Assembly (NCBI GenBank): GCA_039822105.1
Contig: JBCBMW010000004.1
Location: 55,418-119,417 of the forward strand
Direction: 5' to 3'
Length of the DNA: 64,000 nucleotides
Origin: Pseudomonadota bacterium
Lineage (GTDB): Bacteria > Pseudomonadota > Alphaproteobacteria > Caulobacterales > Parvularculaceae
Shown here: positions 7,997 to 17,386 of the stretch, one piece after another
Position numbering within the stretch: position 1 is the stretch's first letter
How the letters are laid out: each line of letters begins with the position of its first letter
Program-made: the position numbers and the translations under genes
The notes under the pieces: model-generated
Told to the model about the DNA's origin: nothing
Database searches by the model: none
What the model saw: only the letters and a program-made list of their open reading frames with translations

Positions 7997-10048
7997 TTGA
8001 ACTTTGATGCTCTGACCAAGGTCAATCTGAGCCCCACTGTTGGGCTTGCGATCGGATTGATGGCCATCCTTGTGATGATGGTCCTGCCGGTCCCGCCCAT
8101 TGTTCTTGACCTTGGGCTGACCTGCTCTTTTGGGTTTGCGATTTTGATCTTTACCGTGACGCTTTTCGTGGAGCGTCCGCTCGATTTCTCATCCTTCCCT
8201 GCGATATTGCTCGTGTCGCTGCTCCTTCGGCTCGCTCTCAACATCTCGTCGACCAAGCTGATCATCGGTCAGGGTCACACCGGCACCGGCGCGGCTGGCG
8301 GGGTGATCGAAGGCTTTGCGATGTTCATTATGGGCGGGAACATCGGCCTTGGTCTGATCATTTTTGCTGTGCTGATCATCGTCAACTTCCTGGTGATCAC
8401 CAAGGGCGCTGGCCGGATGGCAGAGGTCGGCGCGCGCTTTGCCTTGGACGCCATGCCCGGCAAGCAACTCGCCATCGATGCCGATGTCGCTTCCGGCGCA
8501 ATCACCCATGAGGAGGCGAAAGCCCTCCGCACACGGGAGCAGCAAGAGACGGCGTTCCTTGGCTCCCTCGACGGTGTGTCCAAGTTTGTGAAAGGCGATG
8601 CAATCGCTGGGCTGCTCATCACGCTGCTCAACCTCGTTGCAGGCATCGCGGTGGGGATGATCGCCCACAACATCTCGTTCACCGATGCGATCAGCAATTA
8701 CTCCGTCCTCACCGTTGGTGATGGGCTCGTCAGTCAGATCCCCGCCGTCATCATCTCCGTGGCTGCCGCGCTTCTTCTGTCCAAGGGACGAGGGGAGGAG
8801 GCGGTCGACCTCGCATTGATGCGTGAACTCGGCGGACGGCCTGAGGCACTGGCGACCGTGGCAGTTGTTTTGGCCGCCTTCGGACTGTTCCCTGGCCTGC
8901 CGCTCATTCCCTTTGCGGCGGGCGCGGGGCTCTTGGGATACCTAGCGTACCGCGCGACCCAGTTGGCGCCGCCAGCGCCCGACGATGAAAAACCCGCCCT
9001 ACCCGAAGGGCCCACGGAGCCGAGCTTTGGTGATCTTCTCGACATTGACGAAGTTCACGTCGAGCTGAGCCCAGATCTCATCGGCACCGTGATCAAAAAG
9101 GAAAGCGGTTTTGACGCGCGGGTCGATAAGATTCGGCGCTTCGTGATCCAGGAGTTCGGCTTCATTATGCCCCCTGTGCGCGTCACCGATCGCTCGTCCC
9201 TGGCGCCGCAGACCTATGAGATCAAAGTTCAAGGCGTGAAGGCAGCATCCGGCACTTTGCGATCAGGGCAATGGCTGGCGCTCATCTCCAACGATCAGCG
9301 TCCGGATGTCCCCGGCGAACCAACCCAAGAACCAGTCTATGGGGCGCAGGCCAGGTGGGTCGATTTTGCGGGTAAGGAGCAAATGGTGGTCGGCGGCTAC
9401 ACCGTGGTCGAACCAGCCGAGGTGATGGCCACGCATCTCATGGAAACCGTCCAGGCGCAGTTCCCGCGGCTGATGACCCGGCGCGCGCTCAGGTCGATCC
9501 TTGATGCGTTCGCCGAACCTTCTGACCCCGCACGGGCCAAGGCCAACCGGAAGTTCCTTGATGAGTTGGTGCCCGACCGAGTGAGCTATGATCTCTTGCA
9601 GCAGGTGCTTCGTGATCTCCTGGCGGAGCGGATTTCGATCCGCCAGCTGCCGATCATTCTGGAGGCCACCGCGGAAGCGAGCACCATGGAAGGCGGTCCG
9701 CCGGTGGTGGTGGAACATGTCCGCCGCCGCATCGCGTTCCAATTCGTCTCCAAACTGACCGACGACCAAGGCTATCTTCCCGCCATTGAGCTAAGCGAGA
9801 CGTGGACGACCAAGCTCCGTGAAGAGGGCGCTGAGCCGCAGGCGAGCACACTGACGGAGCTCGGCGCCGCTGTCGCCTCGGCGCTTGAACGGGCGGCTCA
9901 AGGCGGCGCGTTCCCCGTCATTGCGGTCGCCACATCTGTGCGCCGAACGGTGCGGCGCGCGCTTGCGTCCCAGGGGGTTCGCAACCCGGTGATCGCCCTT
10001 GACGAGATCCAGGGCAACGCGAAGCCAAAGCTTCTTGGCACCGCATGA
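7997..10048 (+). CDS. flhA: Flagellar export gate protein FlhA
   Basis: FHIPEP motif VITKGAGRMAEVGARFALDAMPGKQLAIDAD, GVSKFVKGDAIAG. TTG start with GAGGGAG RBS. Confidence 0.97.
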   Translation: MNFDALTKVNLSPTVGLAIGLMAILVMMVLPVPPIVLDLGLTCSFGFAILIFTVTLFVERPLDFSSFPAILLVSLLLRLALNISSTKLIIGQGHTGTGAAGGVIEGFAMFIMGGNIGLGLIIFAVLIIVNFLVITKGAGRMAEVGARFALDAMPGKQLAIDADVASGAITHEEAKALRTREQQETAFLGSLDGVSKFVKGDAIAGLLITLLNLVAGIAVGMIAHNISFTDAISNYSVLTVGDGLVSQIPAVIISVAAALLLSKGRGEEAVDLALMRELGGRPEALATVAVVLAAFGLFPGLPLIPFAAGAGLLGYLAYRATQLAPPAPDDEKPALPEGPTEPSFGDLLDIDEVHVELSPDLIGTVIKKESGFDARVDKIRRFVIQEFGFIMPPVRVTDRSSLAPQTYEIKVQGVKAASGTLRSGQWLALISNDQRPDVPGEPTQEPVYGAQARWVDFAGKEQMVVGGYTVVEPAEVMATHLMETVQAQFPRLMTRRALRSILDAFAEPSDPARAKANRKFLDELVPDRVSYDLLQQVLRDLLAERISIRQLPIILEATAEASTMEGGPPVVVEHVRRRIAFQFVSKLTDDQGYLPAIELSETWTTKLREEGAEPQASTLTELGAAVASALERAAQGGAFPVIAVATSVRRTVRRALASQGVRNPVIALDEIQGNAKPKLLGTA

Positions 10049-10815
10049 TCGAGATCCTCGAGGCGCTCGGGCCGCTCGTTGGTTTGGCGAATGATTGGAT
10101 CCCGTCGGCGGTCGCGCTCCTGTCGCGGATGTCGCTCCTTATTCTGATGATCCCGGGGCTGGGGGGTACTGCATTGCCAACGCGGATCAGGCTTATTCTG
10201 GCCTTGACCCTCGTCTTCGTCATCCTGCCGCTGGCGAACCGAGTGGAGGCCGAGACCACCGCGGACTACACCCTGCTGATCGCGGGGGAGGCGCTGATCG
10301 GCTTCGTCCTGGGCTTCAGCGTTCGCGTGTTTGTTTTTGCCCTGAACATCACGGGGACCATCATCGCCCAGGCGATGTCACTCAGCCAGATTTTCGGTGT
10401 GACGCTCGAGGGCGACAGCTCCAGCCTCGTCGCGACGATCCTCACGAGCGCGGCGGCGACCTTGTTCCTGACGGCAGATCTTGAGGTCGCGATGATTGGC
10501 CTCTTCGTTCAGAACCTTGAGGTCATGCCGCTTGGCGGCGCACCGCTTTTGGTCTCTGGCGCTGTGGCTGAGCAGACGACCAGGGCGGCGGCGGACGCTT
10601 TGGCGTTTGGCATCACCCTCGCGGTGCCGTTCATGGTGATGAACTTCGCCTATTACCTCGTGCTCGGATTTTTGAACCGAGCGATGCCGCAGCTGATGGT
10701 CACCTTTGTCGGTATACCGGCTATCACGCTCAGTGGCTTGATCCTCTTCACCCTCGCCATTTCCGGCCTACTGGCCCTGTGGCTGAGCCGGATTGCGGGG
10801 TCGATGGCCCTGTGA
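10045..10815 (+). CDS. fliR: Flagellar export apparatus protein FliR
   Basis: Polytopic membrane protein, GEALIGFVLG, LNRAMPQLMVTFVGIPA. Confidence 0.93.
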   Translation: MIEILEALGPLVGLANDWIPSAVALLSRMSLLILMIPGLGGTALPTRIRLILALTLVFVILPLANRVEAETTADYTLLIAGEALIGFVLGFSVRVFVFALNITGTIIAQAMSLSQIFGVTLEGDSSSLVATILTSAAATLFLTADLEVAMIGLFVQNLEVMPLGGAPLLVSGAVAEQTTRAAADALAFGITLAVPFMVMNFAYYLVLGFLNRAMPQLMVTFVGIPAITLSGLILFTLAISGLLALWLSRIAGSMAL

Positions 10816-11876
10816 GCGAGGCGGCAGAAAAGGTTGTCGAGGCCTCCCCCGAGAAGCGGAGGAAAGCGCGGGGTAAGGGTGACGTCCCGGTCTCCACTGA
10901 GGCGAACACGGCGGCGGCCTATATGGGTTTTTTGGTGGCGATGATGATCGTCGCACCTTTCGTTACGTCCTTGGTCCTCAGCCTACGGGGGTATCTCTTG
11001 CGGCCAGAGGCGGCCGGACTAGCGCTGATCGAGGGTGACCTTGCCGGTGAAACTTTGCAGCAGGCGACGTTCTTCGTGCTGCCGCTGGTCGCGATCCCTG
11101 CCGTTGCGGTTATCGCTTCGCTTTTTGCCCAGCAAGGCATCGTGGTGGCGCCCAGCCGCATCGCGCCGGACATCAAAAAGATCTCGCCGATTGCGGGCGC
11201 TGGCAAGAAGTTCGGACCCCAAGGCCTCACTGAGTTCGCCAAGAGCGCGGGCAAGATGGTTCTCTACTCCGTCATCGGAGGGGTGATCCTGTGGCGCGAG
11301 GCCACGGGCATGATGCAGTCGGCCGGCGCGCCCGCTGTGTCTCTCGCCAGCCTGCTCCTCCGTCAGGTCGTGGTGATGTTCGGTGTCGCGGTGCTGATCC
11401 AAGCGGTCTTTGCCATCATCGATATCCCTCTCATCCGTGCTCAGAGGGAAGGGCGCCTCAAAATGTCAGCCCAGGAGGCGAAAGACGAGGCAAAAGAGAA
11501 CGAGGGCGACCAGGAGATCAAGCAAAAGCGGCGCATGCGAGCGGAGAAGATCGCGATGAGCCGCATGATGGACGCGACCAAAACGGCCGACGTCCTGATC
11601 ACCAACCCCACTCACTATGCCGTGGCGCTCAAATGGGAGCGCGCGGGCGATCACTTGCCGATTTGCGTGGCCAAGGGGGCCGATGACGTTGCGTTCCGCC
11701 TGCGCGAAGTTGCACGGGATTCGGGTGTACCGATCAAAGAGGACCCCCCTTGCGCGCGGTCACTCTACGCAACGGTGGACCTTGGAGCGCCGATTAAGCC
11801 TGAGCACTTCGCCGCTGTGGCCGCGGCCATTCGCTTTGCTGATCGCATGCGGATGAAGCGAAGGGGCCTTGGTTAA
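10812..11876 (+). CDS. flhB: Flagellar export switch protein FlhB
   Basis: SPEKRRKARGKGDV, EAKDEAKENEGD, autocleavage motif ITNPTHYAVAL. GTG start overlaps the fliR stop. Confidence 0.96.
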   Translation: MSEAAEKVVEASPEKRRKARGKGDVPVSTEANTAAAYMGFLVAMMIVAPFVTSLVLSLRGYLLRPEAAGLALIEGDLAGETLQQATFFVLPLVAIPAVAVIASLFAQQGIVVAPSRIAPDIKKISPIAGAGKKFGPQGLTEFAKSAGKMVLYSVIGGVILWREATGMMQSAGAPAVSLASLLLRQVVVMFGVAVLIQAVFAIIDIPLIRAQREGRLKMSAQEAKDEAKENEGDQEIKQKRRMRAEKIAMSRMMDATKTADVLITNPTHYAVALKWERAGDHLPICVAKGADDVAFRLREVARDSGVPIKEDPPCARSLYATVDLGAPIKPEHFAAVAAAIRFADRMRMKRRGLG

Positions 11877-12739
11877 GCGCCCGCCAGTGCCAAGACACGC
11901 AGGCCGTGGCGGCCGCGGATGGTGCCGAGCTCAGCCCGGGCGAGGGGGCGGGTTCCGATCGCTGTCTCTGCCTCCAGAGCAACATCGGCCAGGTCGCCGC
12001 CAGGGATGATCACCCGATCACCCGGCTCCAGGGCCACGATCTCTTTCGTTGTCGCTGACCAGCGGCTGAGGATCCCGCGCACCTCGATCGAAAGACCAGC
12101 GAGGTCCATCGGCTCCTCACCGCGCTGCATCAGTTCACTGAAGATGCTCTCGCAGGTGTCGCGGAAGAGGAGCTCAAGATGCACATCGGGGTGATCAGTG
12201 ATCTTCAGCGTGAACCGCACGAAAAGCCGCGGCTCCGGCGGCGGCGGCGTCAGGGGCCAAATCATCTTCGGCTCGACATTTGGCGGCAGGCGCAGCGCAA
12301 TCCCAAAAGCGGCGTAGATCAGCCCGCCGATCGCTTCAAAGATCGAGGTGACGACCAAGCCGTCGAGCTCCTCCGGCTCAGCATCCTCCGGCGCATGGAC
12401 GTCGGCAGCGCGAAGGAGAAGCGAGGTGAGGATCGATGCGCTTTGTCCGGGAAACCGGATGAGGCCGCCGCGCTCTGGCGGGTCCATCGCCATGGTGACG
12501 CCGGGCTTGGCTTCGGTCGAGCGCAGCTCGCCATGGGTGAGAATCGAGAGCTCCACCGAAGCTTGCAATGGGCACTGGACCAGAGGCTCCAACACCTCGG
12601 CCGCACGCTCCGCCACAATGTCCCAAAGGGGCAGGCTATGGGCGATCGACGGCGGTAGGCCGGAGCTGTCGGTGCCGTCGTCTCCCGCTTTGGCTTTGCG
12701 CTGTTCGATGAGCGACCGGATCGCAATTCGTTGTCCCAT
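11873..12739 (-). CDS. FliM/FliN-family motor switch protein (C-terminal SpoA-like domain, divergent middle)
   Basis: C-terminal LSIEVRGILSRW...EIVALEPGDRVII...ARAELGTIRGRHGLRV resembles the FliM/FliN C-terminal domain. Located in the flagellar cluster. Confidence 0.65.
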   Translation of the reverse strand: MGQRIAIRSLIEQRKAKAGDDGTDSSGLPPSIAHSLPLWDIVAERAAEVLEPLVQCPLQASVELSILTHGELRSTEAKPGVTMAMDPPERGGLIRFPGQSASILTSLLLRAADVHAPEDAEPEELDGLVVTSIFEAIGGLIYAAFGIALRLPPNVEPKMIWPLTPPPPEPRLFVRFTLKITDHPDVHLELLFRDTCESIFSELMQRGEEPMDLAGLSIEVRGILSRWSATTKEIVALEPGDRVIIPGGDLADVALEAETAIGTRPLARAELGTIRGRHGLRVLALAGA

Positions 12740-12764
12740 GTTTACGACTTACAAGCCATAAGTG

Positions 12765-12780
12765 TTAAGCGAGACTTTAC
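12765..12780. promoter_or_regulatory. CtrA-like box in divergent fliM-like/motB promoter region
   Basis: TTAA-GCGAGAC-TTTAC, one mismatch to TTAA-N7-TTAA. Reverse strand reads TAAA-N7-TTAAC. Confidence 0.6.
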
Positions 12781-12832
12781 ACGCAAAAGTTAGCTTCAAC
12801 CTCGGGTTGGTGGTTCCTGAGGAGACGTTGAT

Positions 12833-13603
12833 ATGGCTGAGCAACCGCTCATCATTAAGCGCAAGAAGGTCTTTGCCGGTGATGGTCATCACGGCGGCGC
12901 ATGGAAAGTAGCTTACGCGGATTTTGTGACCGCGATGATGGCCTTCTTCCTGCTGATGTGGCTCCTCAATGCGACCACGGAGGAGCAGCGAAAAGGCCTT
13001 GCCGATTTCTTCGATCCGACCATTCCCGTGAGCCCCGTTTCTGGAGGCGGTACAGATCTTTTGAACGGTGATTCGATTTTCTCCACCGACAGTCTCGCTT
13101 CGGACGGTCATGGCGGCCTGGGAGAGAACATGGATCTCGAGGGTGAGATTCTGGAGCAGCTTACGATGTCGCTCAAAGAGCACATCGCCAGTGAACAAGT
13201 GCGTTTGACGCTGTCACCGGAAGGGATCGTCGTCGATCTCATGGACACCTATGAGGTGCCAGTGTTCGATCTCGGCAAGGCGCTGAAGACGGAGCGGCTC
13301 ACGGAAATCGTCACCGCCGTGGCCCCGGTGCTCGCGACCAGTGACCGGATGCTGAAGATCAAAGGTCACACCGATGACCTCAAATATCGCGGTACGGACT
13401 ATACGAACTGGGAGCTTTCCGCTGACCGTGCCAACGCGGCGCGCCGGTTGGCTGTTGAGCTCGGTGTGCCGGAGCGGGCGTTCTTTGAAGTGTCGGGGCA
13501 GGCGGACCGTCTTCCGGTCAGTGCTGATGGCAGCGCGCCGCAGAACCGCCGGATCTCGATCATTTTGCTCAACGAACAGTCGATCCCGTTAGGTGCCCGT
13601 TAA
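12833..13603 (+). CDS. motB: Flagellar motor stator protein MotB
   Basis: WKVAYADFVTAMMAFFLLMWL signature. OmpA-like domain GHTD...NWELSADRANAARR...NRRISI. Confidence 0.97.
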   Translation: MAEQPLIIKRKKVFAGDGHHGGAWKVAYADFVTAMMAFFLLMWLLNATTEEQRKGLADFFDPTIPVSPVSGGGTDLLNGDSIFSTDSLASDGHGGLGENMDLEGEILEQLTMSLKEHIASEQVRLTLSPEGIVVDLMDTYEVPVFDLGKALKTERLTEIVTAVAPVLATSDRMLKIKGHTDDLKYRGTDYTNWELSADRANAARRLAVELGVPERAFFEVSGQADRLPVSADGSAPQNRRISIILLNEQSIPLGAR

Positions 13604-13650
13604 CCGCGTTTCGCTACAACCTTAGGTATAGTAGCGAGAGCGCCTCAACC

Positions 13651-14961
13651 ATGACAATGTCTTCCTCCCTCAATGCTGGCGTGATGGGCCTTAGTGTCAA
13701 CGCCACCAAACTGGCTGCCATTTCCGACAACGTCGCCAACTCTGGCACCGTCGGATACAAACGAGCGACAGCAGATTTTCTGAGTATGGTGATCTCGGAC
13801 AATCCGCAGGCGTTCACAGCCGGCGGCGTTCGCGTGGAGGCAGGCCGTCTTGTGTCGGAGCAAGGCGCTTTGTTCTCCACCGGGAGTTCAACAGACATCG
13901 CCCTCGCGGGCGCAGGCTTTTTGCCTGTGACCCAAGACATCGATATTGATGCTCAGGTGGGTGAGCGGCCACTGCTTCTGACCTCCACCGGCTCCTTCCG
14001 CCCCAATGAGGCGGGTTATCTCGTCACCCCTGGCGGCCTTGCTCTTCTTGGTTGGCCAGCGGAGCCTGACGGCACGGTCGGCAACGTGACCCGTCGTTCT
14101 GCGGATGATCTTGAGCCTGTGAACATCAACACAGCTGAACTCGCCGCTGAGCCGACGACGCAAGTGAACCTTGGTGTGAACCTTCCCGCCTCAGCCACCG
14201 AAGCGGGCCTGACGCCCACGAGCTATGAGCTGCCGATCGACGCGTTTGACAATCTCGGCCGCAACCAGACGGTTCGCGCGGTGTTCACCCCGGTGATCCC
14301 AGCCAGCGGCTTCTCCAACGCATGGTCGATGGAGATCTTTGACGACAGCCAAACGCCTTCGGCATCGCTCGGCACCTTGGATATCACCTTCAACGATACG
14401 AATCCCAATGGCGGCACCATCGCATCGGTCACGGCCAATGCTCCGGCCACCTATGATCCTGCGACAGGTGATGTGTCTGTGACCTGGCTGACGGCGGGCA
14501 ACGCCCTCAACATCAATATCGGCACCGCCAACCAGGCCGGTGGTCTGACCCAGTTCTCGACCGACTTCTCGCCGGTGTCTGTCGTCCGCAACGGCGCGCC
14601 AGCTGGCGCTTTCAGCCGGGTGGAGGTCGATGAGACGGGCCGTATGGAAGCTGTTTATGAAACTGGTTTCCGCCGCTTCATCTACCAAATCCCTGTGGCC
14701 GATGTACCGAACCCGGATGGCCTTGACGCAGCTGACAATGCGAGTTTCCGGATCAGTCAGGAAAGCGGTGATCTTTTCCTCTGGGACGCAGGCGACGGGC
14801 CTGTCGGCGGGATGATCGGCTTCGCTCTCGCTGAATCGACAACCGATCTTGGTACAGAGCTCACGGATCTCATTGAGACCCAGCGCGCTTACTCATCCAA
14901 CGCCAACATCATTCGGACAGTCGACGAACTGCTCGAAGAGACAACCAACCTCATCCGTTAA
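13651..14961 (+). CDS. flgE: Flagellar hook protein FlgE
   Basis: ISDNVANSGTVGYKR, TGSSTDIALAGAGF, LAESTTDLGTELTDLIETQRAYSSNA. Confidence 0.96.
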   Translation: MTMSSSLNAGVMGLSVNATKLAAISDNVANSGTVGYKRATADFLSMVISDNPQAFTAGGVRVEAGRLVSEQGALFSTGSSTDIALAGAGFLPVTQDIDIDAQVGERPLLLTSTGSFRPNEAGYLVTPGGLALLGWPAEPDGTVGNVTRRSADDLEPVNINTAELAAEPTTQVNLGVNLPASATEAGLTPTSYELPIDAFDNLGRNQTVRAVFTPVIPASGFSNAWSMEIFDDSQTPSASLGTLDITFNDTNPNGGTIASVTANAPATYDPATGDVSVTWLTAGNALNINIGTANQAGGLTQFSTDFSPVSVVRNGAPAGAFSRVEVDETGRMEAVYETGFRRFIYQIPVADVPNPDGLDAADNASFRISQESGDLFLWDAGDGPVGGMIGFALAESTTDLGTELTDLIETQRAYSSNANIIRTVDELLEETTNLIR

Positions 14962-14989
14962 CGTTAACGCCAACTAAGAGGCTTCCCCG

Positions 14990-16396
14990 ATGTCCTTCAC
15001 AGCCACCCTGACGAACGCGGTATCGGGGCTCAACGCATCGACGCTCCGGGCAGAGATCCTGTCCTACAACATCGCCAATGCCGAGACGCCAGGCTACACC
15101 CGCAGGTCCGTGACCCTTGAGTCCGCTGTACCAGGCGGTGTGCGGCCCACCACGATCACTGCAGCGAACGCAGGTCTTTCAGAGTATCGGCTGCTCGATG
15201 AGTTCAGCCGGGAAGGGGAGGCGGAGCTTCGCTCGTCGGCGCTCAATCTCATCAACGATGATTTTGGCCAGCCCGGTGACGCTGACGGTCTTTATGCTGT
15301 CTATGGACGCTTTGAGCAGGCGCTTGATGATCTGCGCCTGACGCCAGAGAACGCCTCGGCCCAGCTTGCACTCCTGCAGGCAGCCCAGGATGTCGCCGAC
15401 ACGTTCGCAACGCTTGATCAGCAGGCGCAAGATATGCGCCTCGCTGCCGATACAGCGATCGACGCCGGCGTGAACACGGTGAACAACGCCCTGGCGGAGC
15501 TTGAGCTTCTCAACGCCGATGCCGTCCGCCCACGCAGCGTTGGCCTCGACACCATTTCTGAACGCCAGCGCGTCCTTGTGGCCGAGATTGCCGAGCAGCT
15601 CGATATCGAGGTCACCGGCGAGTATGGAGAGGAGCTGACGATCCGCACCAGCGGCGGACTTCTCCTCCTCGGCGATGAGGCCAAGACACTCGAGTTCAAC
15701 CGTGCCGGATCGGTCAACTACACAACGACCCTGGCGAGCGGTGCGCTCTCTGGTATCACGGTCGAAGGCGTCGACATCACGCCGGGCACGGTGCAAGGGA
15801 TTGGAAGCGGCGAGCTCGCCGCCAACTTCGCCATCCGCGATGCTCTTGGTACAGATTATACTGATCGTCTCAACGCTGCGGCGCAAGAGCTTGTCGACCG
15901 GGTCGAGGCCGCGGACACCACCGCTGCTGGCGGTCTCTTCGCGCTTGAGGCGGGGACGGGAAGCGCGGCCCAACGCATTGGTATCAATGCAGCGATCGAT
16001 CCCGATCAGGGCGGTGAGCTTTACCGCATTCGCGACGGCGTCGGTGCGACCACGGAGGGCCCGGCCGCTGGCGACGGTGTCCTGGGTCTCCTCAAAACAG
16101 GTCTTGAGGAAGCCCGCTCGCTGCCCGCAGCCACCGGTTCGTCAAGCGCGCTCAGCTATGTCGATATGCTCGGTGCGCTGTCGACCCAGCTTGGCACCAA
16201 CGCTGTTCGCGCCACCGGACTCTACGATGCAGCGATCGGGGCACGGAGGAGCGTCGAAGAGGAGGTGATCCGTCAGACCGGTGTCGATACGGACCGAGAG
16301 CTTCAGGACCTTCTCCTTGTCGAGCAAGCCTTCGCCGCCAATGCGCGGGTCATTCAAGCCGCGGACGAGATGCTCCGCCAACTCCTGGAGATCTAG
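14990..16396 (+). CDS. flgK: Hook-associated protein FlgK
   Basis: SYNIANAETPGYTRR, C-terminal TGVDTDRELQDLLLVEQAFAANARVIQ. Confidence 0.94.
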   Translation: MSFTATLTNAVSGLNASTLRAEILSYNIANAETPGYTRRSVTLESAVPGGVRPTTITAANAGLSEYRLLDEFSREGEAELRSSALNLINDDFGQPGDADGLYAVYGRFEQALDDLRLTPENASAQLALLQAAQDVADTFATLDQQAQDMRLAADTAIDAGVNTVNNALAELELLNADAVRPRSVGLDTISERQRVLVAEIAEQLDIEVTGEYGEELTIRTSGGLLLLGDEAKTLEFNRAGSVNYTTTLASGALSGITVEGVDITPGTVQGIGSGELAANFAIRDALGTDYTDRLNAAAQELVDRVEAADTTAAGGLFALEAGTGSAAQRIGINAAIDPDQGGELYRIRDGVGATTEGPAAGDGVLGLLKTGLEEARSLPAATGSSSALSYVDMLGALSTQLGTNAVRATGLYDAAIGARRSVEEEVIRQTGVDTDRELQDLLLVEQAFAANARVIQAADEMLRQLLEI

Positions 16397-16399
16397 GTC

Positions 16400-17386
16400 A
16401 TGTTTCTCGTATCCCCTGATGCGCTGACATCCTCCACCCTGTTTCGTCTGACGACAGATCTTCGGACCCGCCTCGATGAGGCGACGGTGGAGCTTGGTAC
16501 AGGCTATGTGCAGAACCGGACCGAGGCGCTGCGCGGCAACAATGAGGTTCTCCTCCGTGCCCAGGCGATTGTTGACGCGTCGCAGCCGGAGCTCACCCGC
16601 CTGACCGTGATCGAGGGCCGGTACCAGGCCTCCTCCAGCGCTCTTCGCTCGATCAATGAGTTGAGCGGTGAGGCCGCTCGTTCCGCCCAAGCCGCACAAG
16701 AAACTGCAGGCGATATCGGCCAAGACGTGGCGGCCAGCGAGGCCCGCTCGGTTCTTTCGTCAGTTCTCTCGACCCTGAACACCCAGTTCGGTGGCCGGTC
16801 CTTGTTCGCCGGTGACGCGGGCATCGGCGCAGCTGTCACCGATGTCGATAGCTTCATTGCATGGGCGGATGGCCTCATCGCCGGTGCAGGGGACGCAGCC
16901 GCCCAGCGCGCTATTCTCGACACGGAGTTTGCAGCAGGTGGTCAGTCCGACACCGTGGTCTATTCCGGCGGTACGCAACTCGCGGATCTTGATCTTCCCG
17001 GCGGCGGCGCGGTCGATGCTCTTCCGACAGCGGACAATGACGCGATCCGAGAGCTGCTGAAGGGTCTGGCTATGGTCGCGATCAACGACACTGTGGCTCC
17101 TGACGAGCGTGAGCAATGGCTGAGTGATGGCGCGTCGGTGATCCAGACAGCGCGGGATGACCTCACCGCCGTCGAAGCATCGCTTGGTATCTCACAAAGC
17201 GCGATCGAGCGCGCTATCGACCGTCAGGACCAGATCCTGTTCGATGCACAAACGACCATCGATAGCCTCATCGGTGTCGACCCCTTTGAATCGGTGTCAG
17301 AGACCCAGTCGCTCGAAGCGCGCCTTCAGGCTCTTTACACCGTGACCGGACGAACAGCAGCCCTAAGATTGACGAACTTCCTCTGA
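16400..17386 (+). CDS. flgL: Hook-associated protein FlgL
   Basis: LNTQFGGRSLFAGDA, C-terminal GVDPFESVSETQSLEARLQALYTVTGR...L.LTNFL. Follows flgK. Confidence 0.88.
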   Translation: MFLVSPDALTSSTLFRLTTDLRTRLDEATVELGTGYVQNRTEALRGNNEVLLRAQAIVDASQPELTRLTVIEGRYQASSSALRSINELSGEAARSAQAAQETAGDIGQDVAASEARSVLSSVLSTLNTQFGGRSLFAGDAGIGAAVTDVDSFIAWADGLIAGAGDAAAQRAILDTEFAAGGQSDTVVYSGGTQLADLDLPGGGAVDALPTADNDAIRELLKGLAMVAINDTVAPDEREQWLSDGASVIQTARDDLTAVEASLGISQSAIERAIDRQDQILFDAQTTIDSLIGVDPFESVSETQSLEARLQALYTVTGRTAALRLTNFL

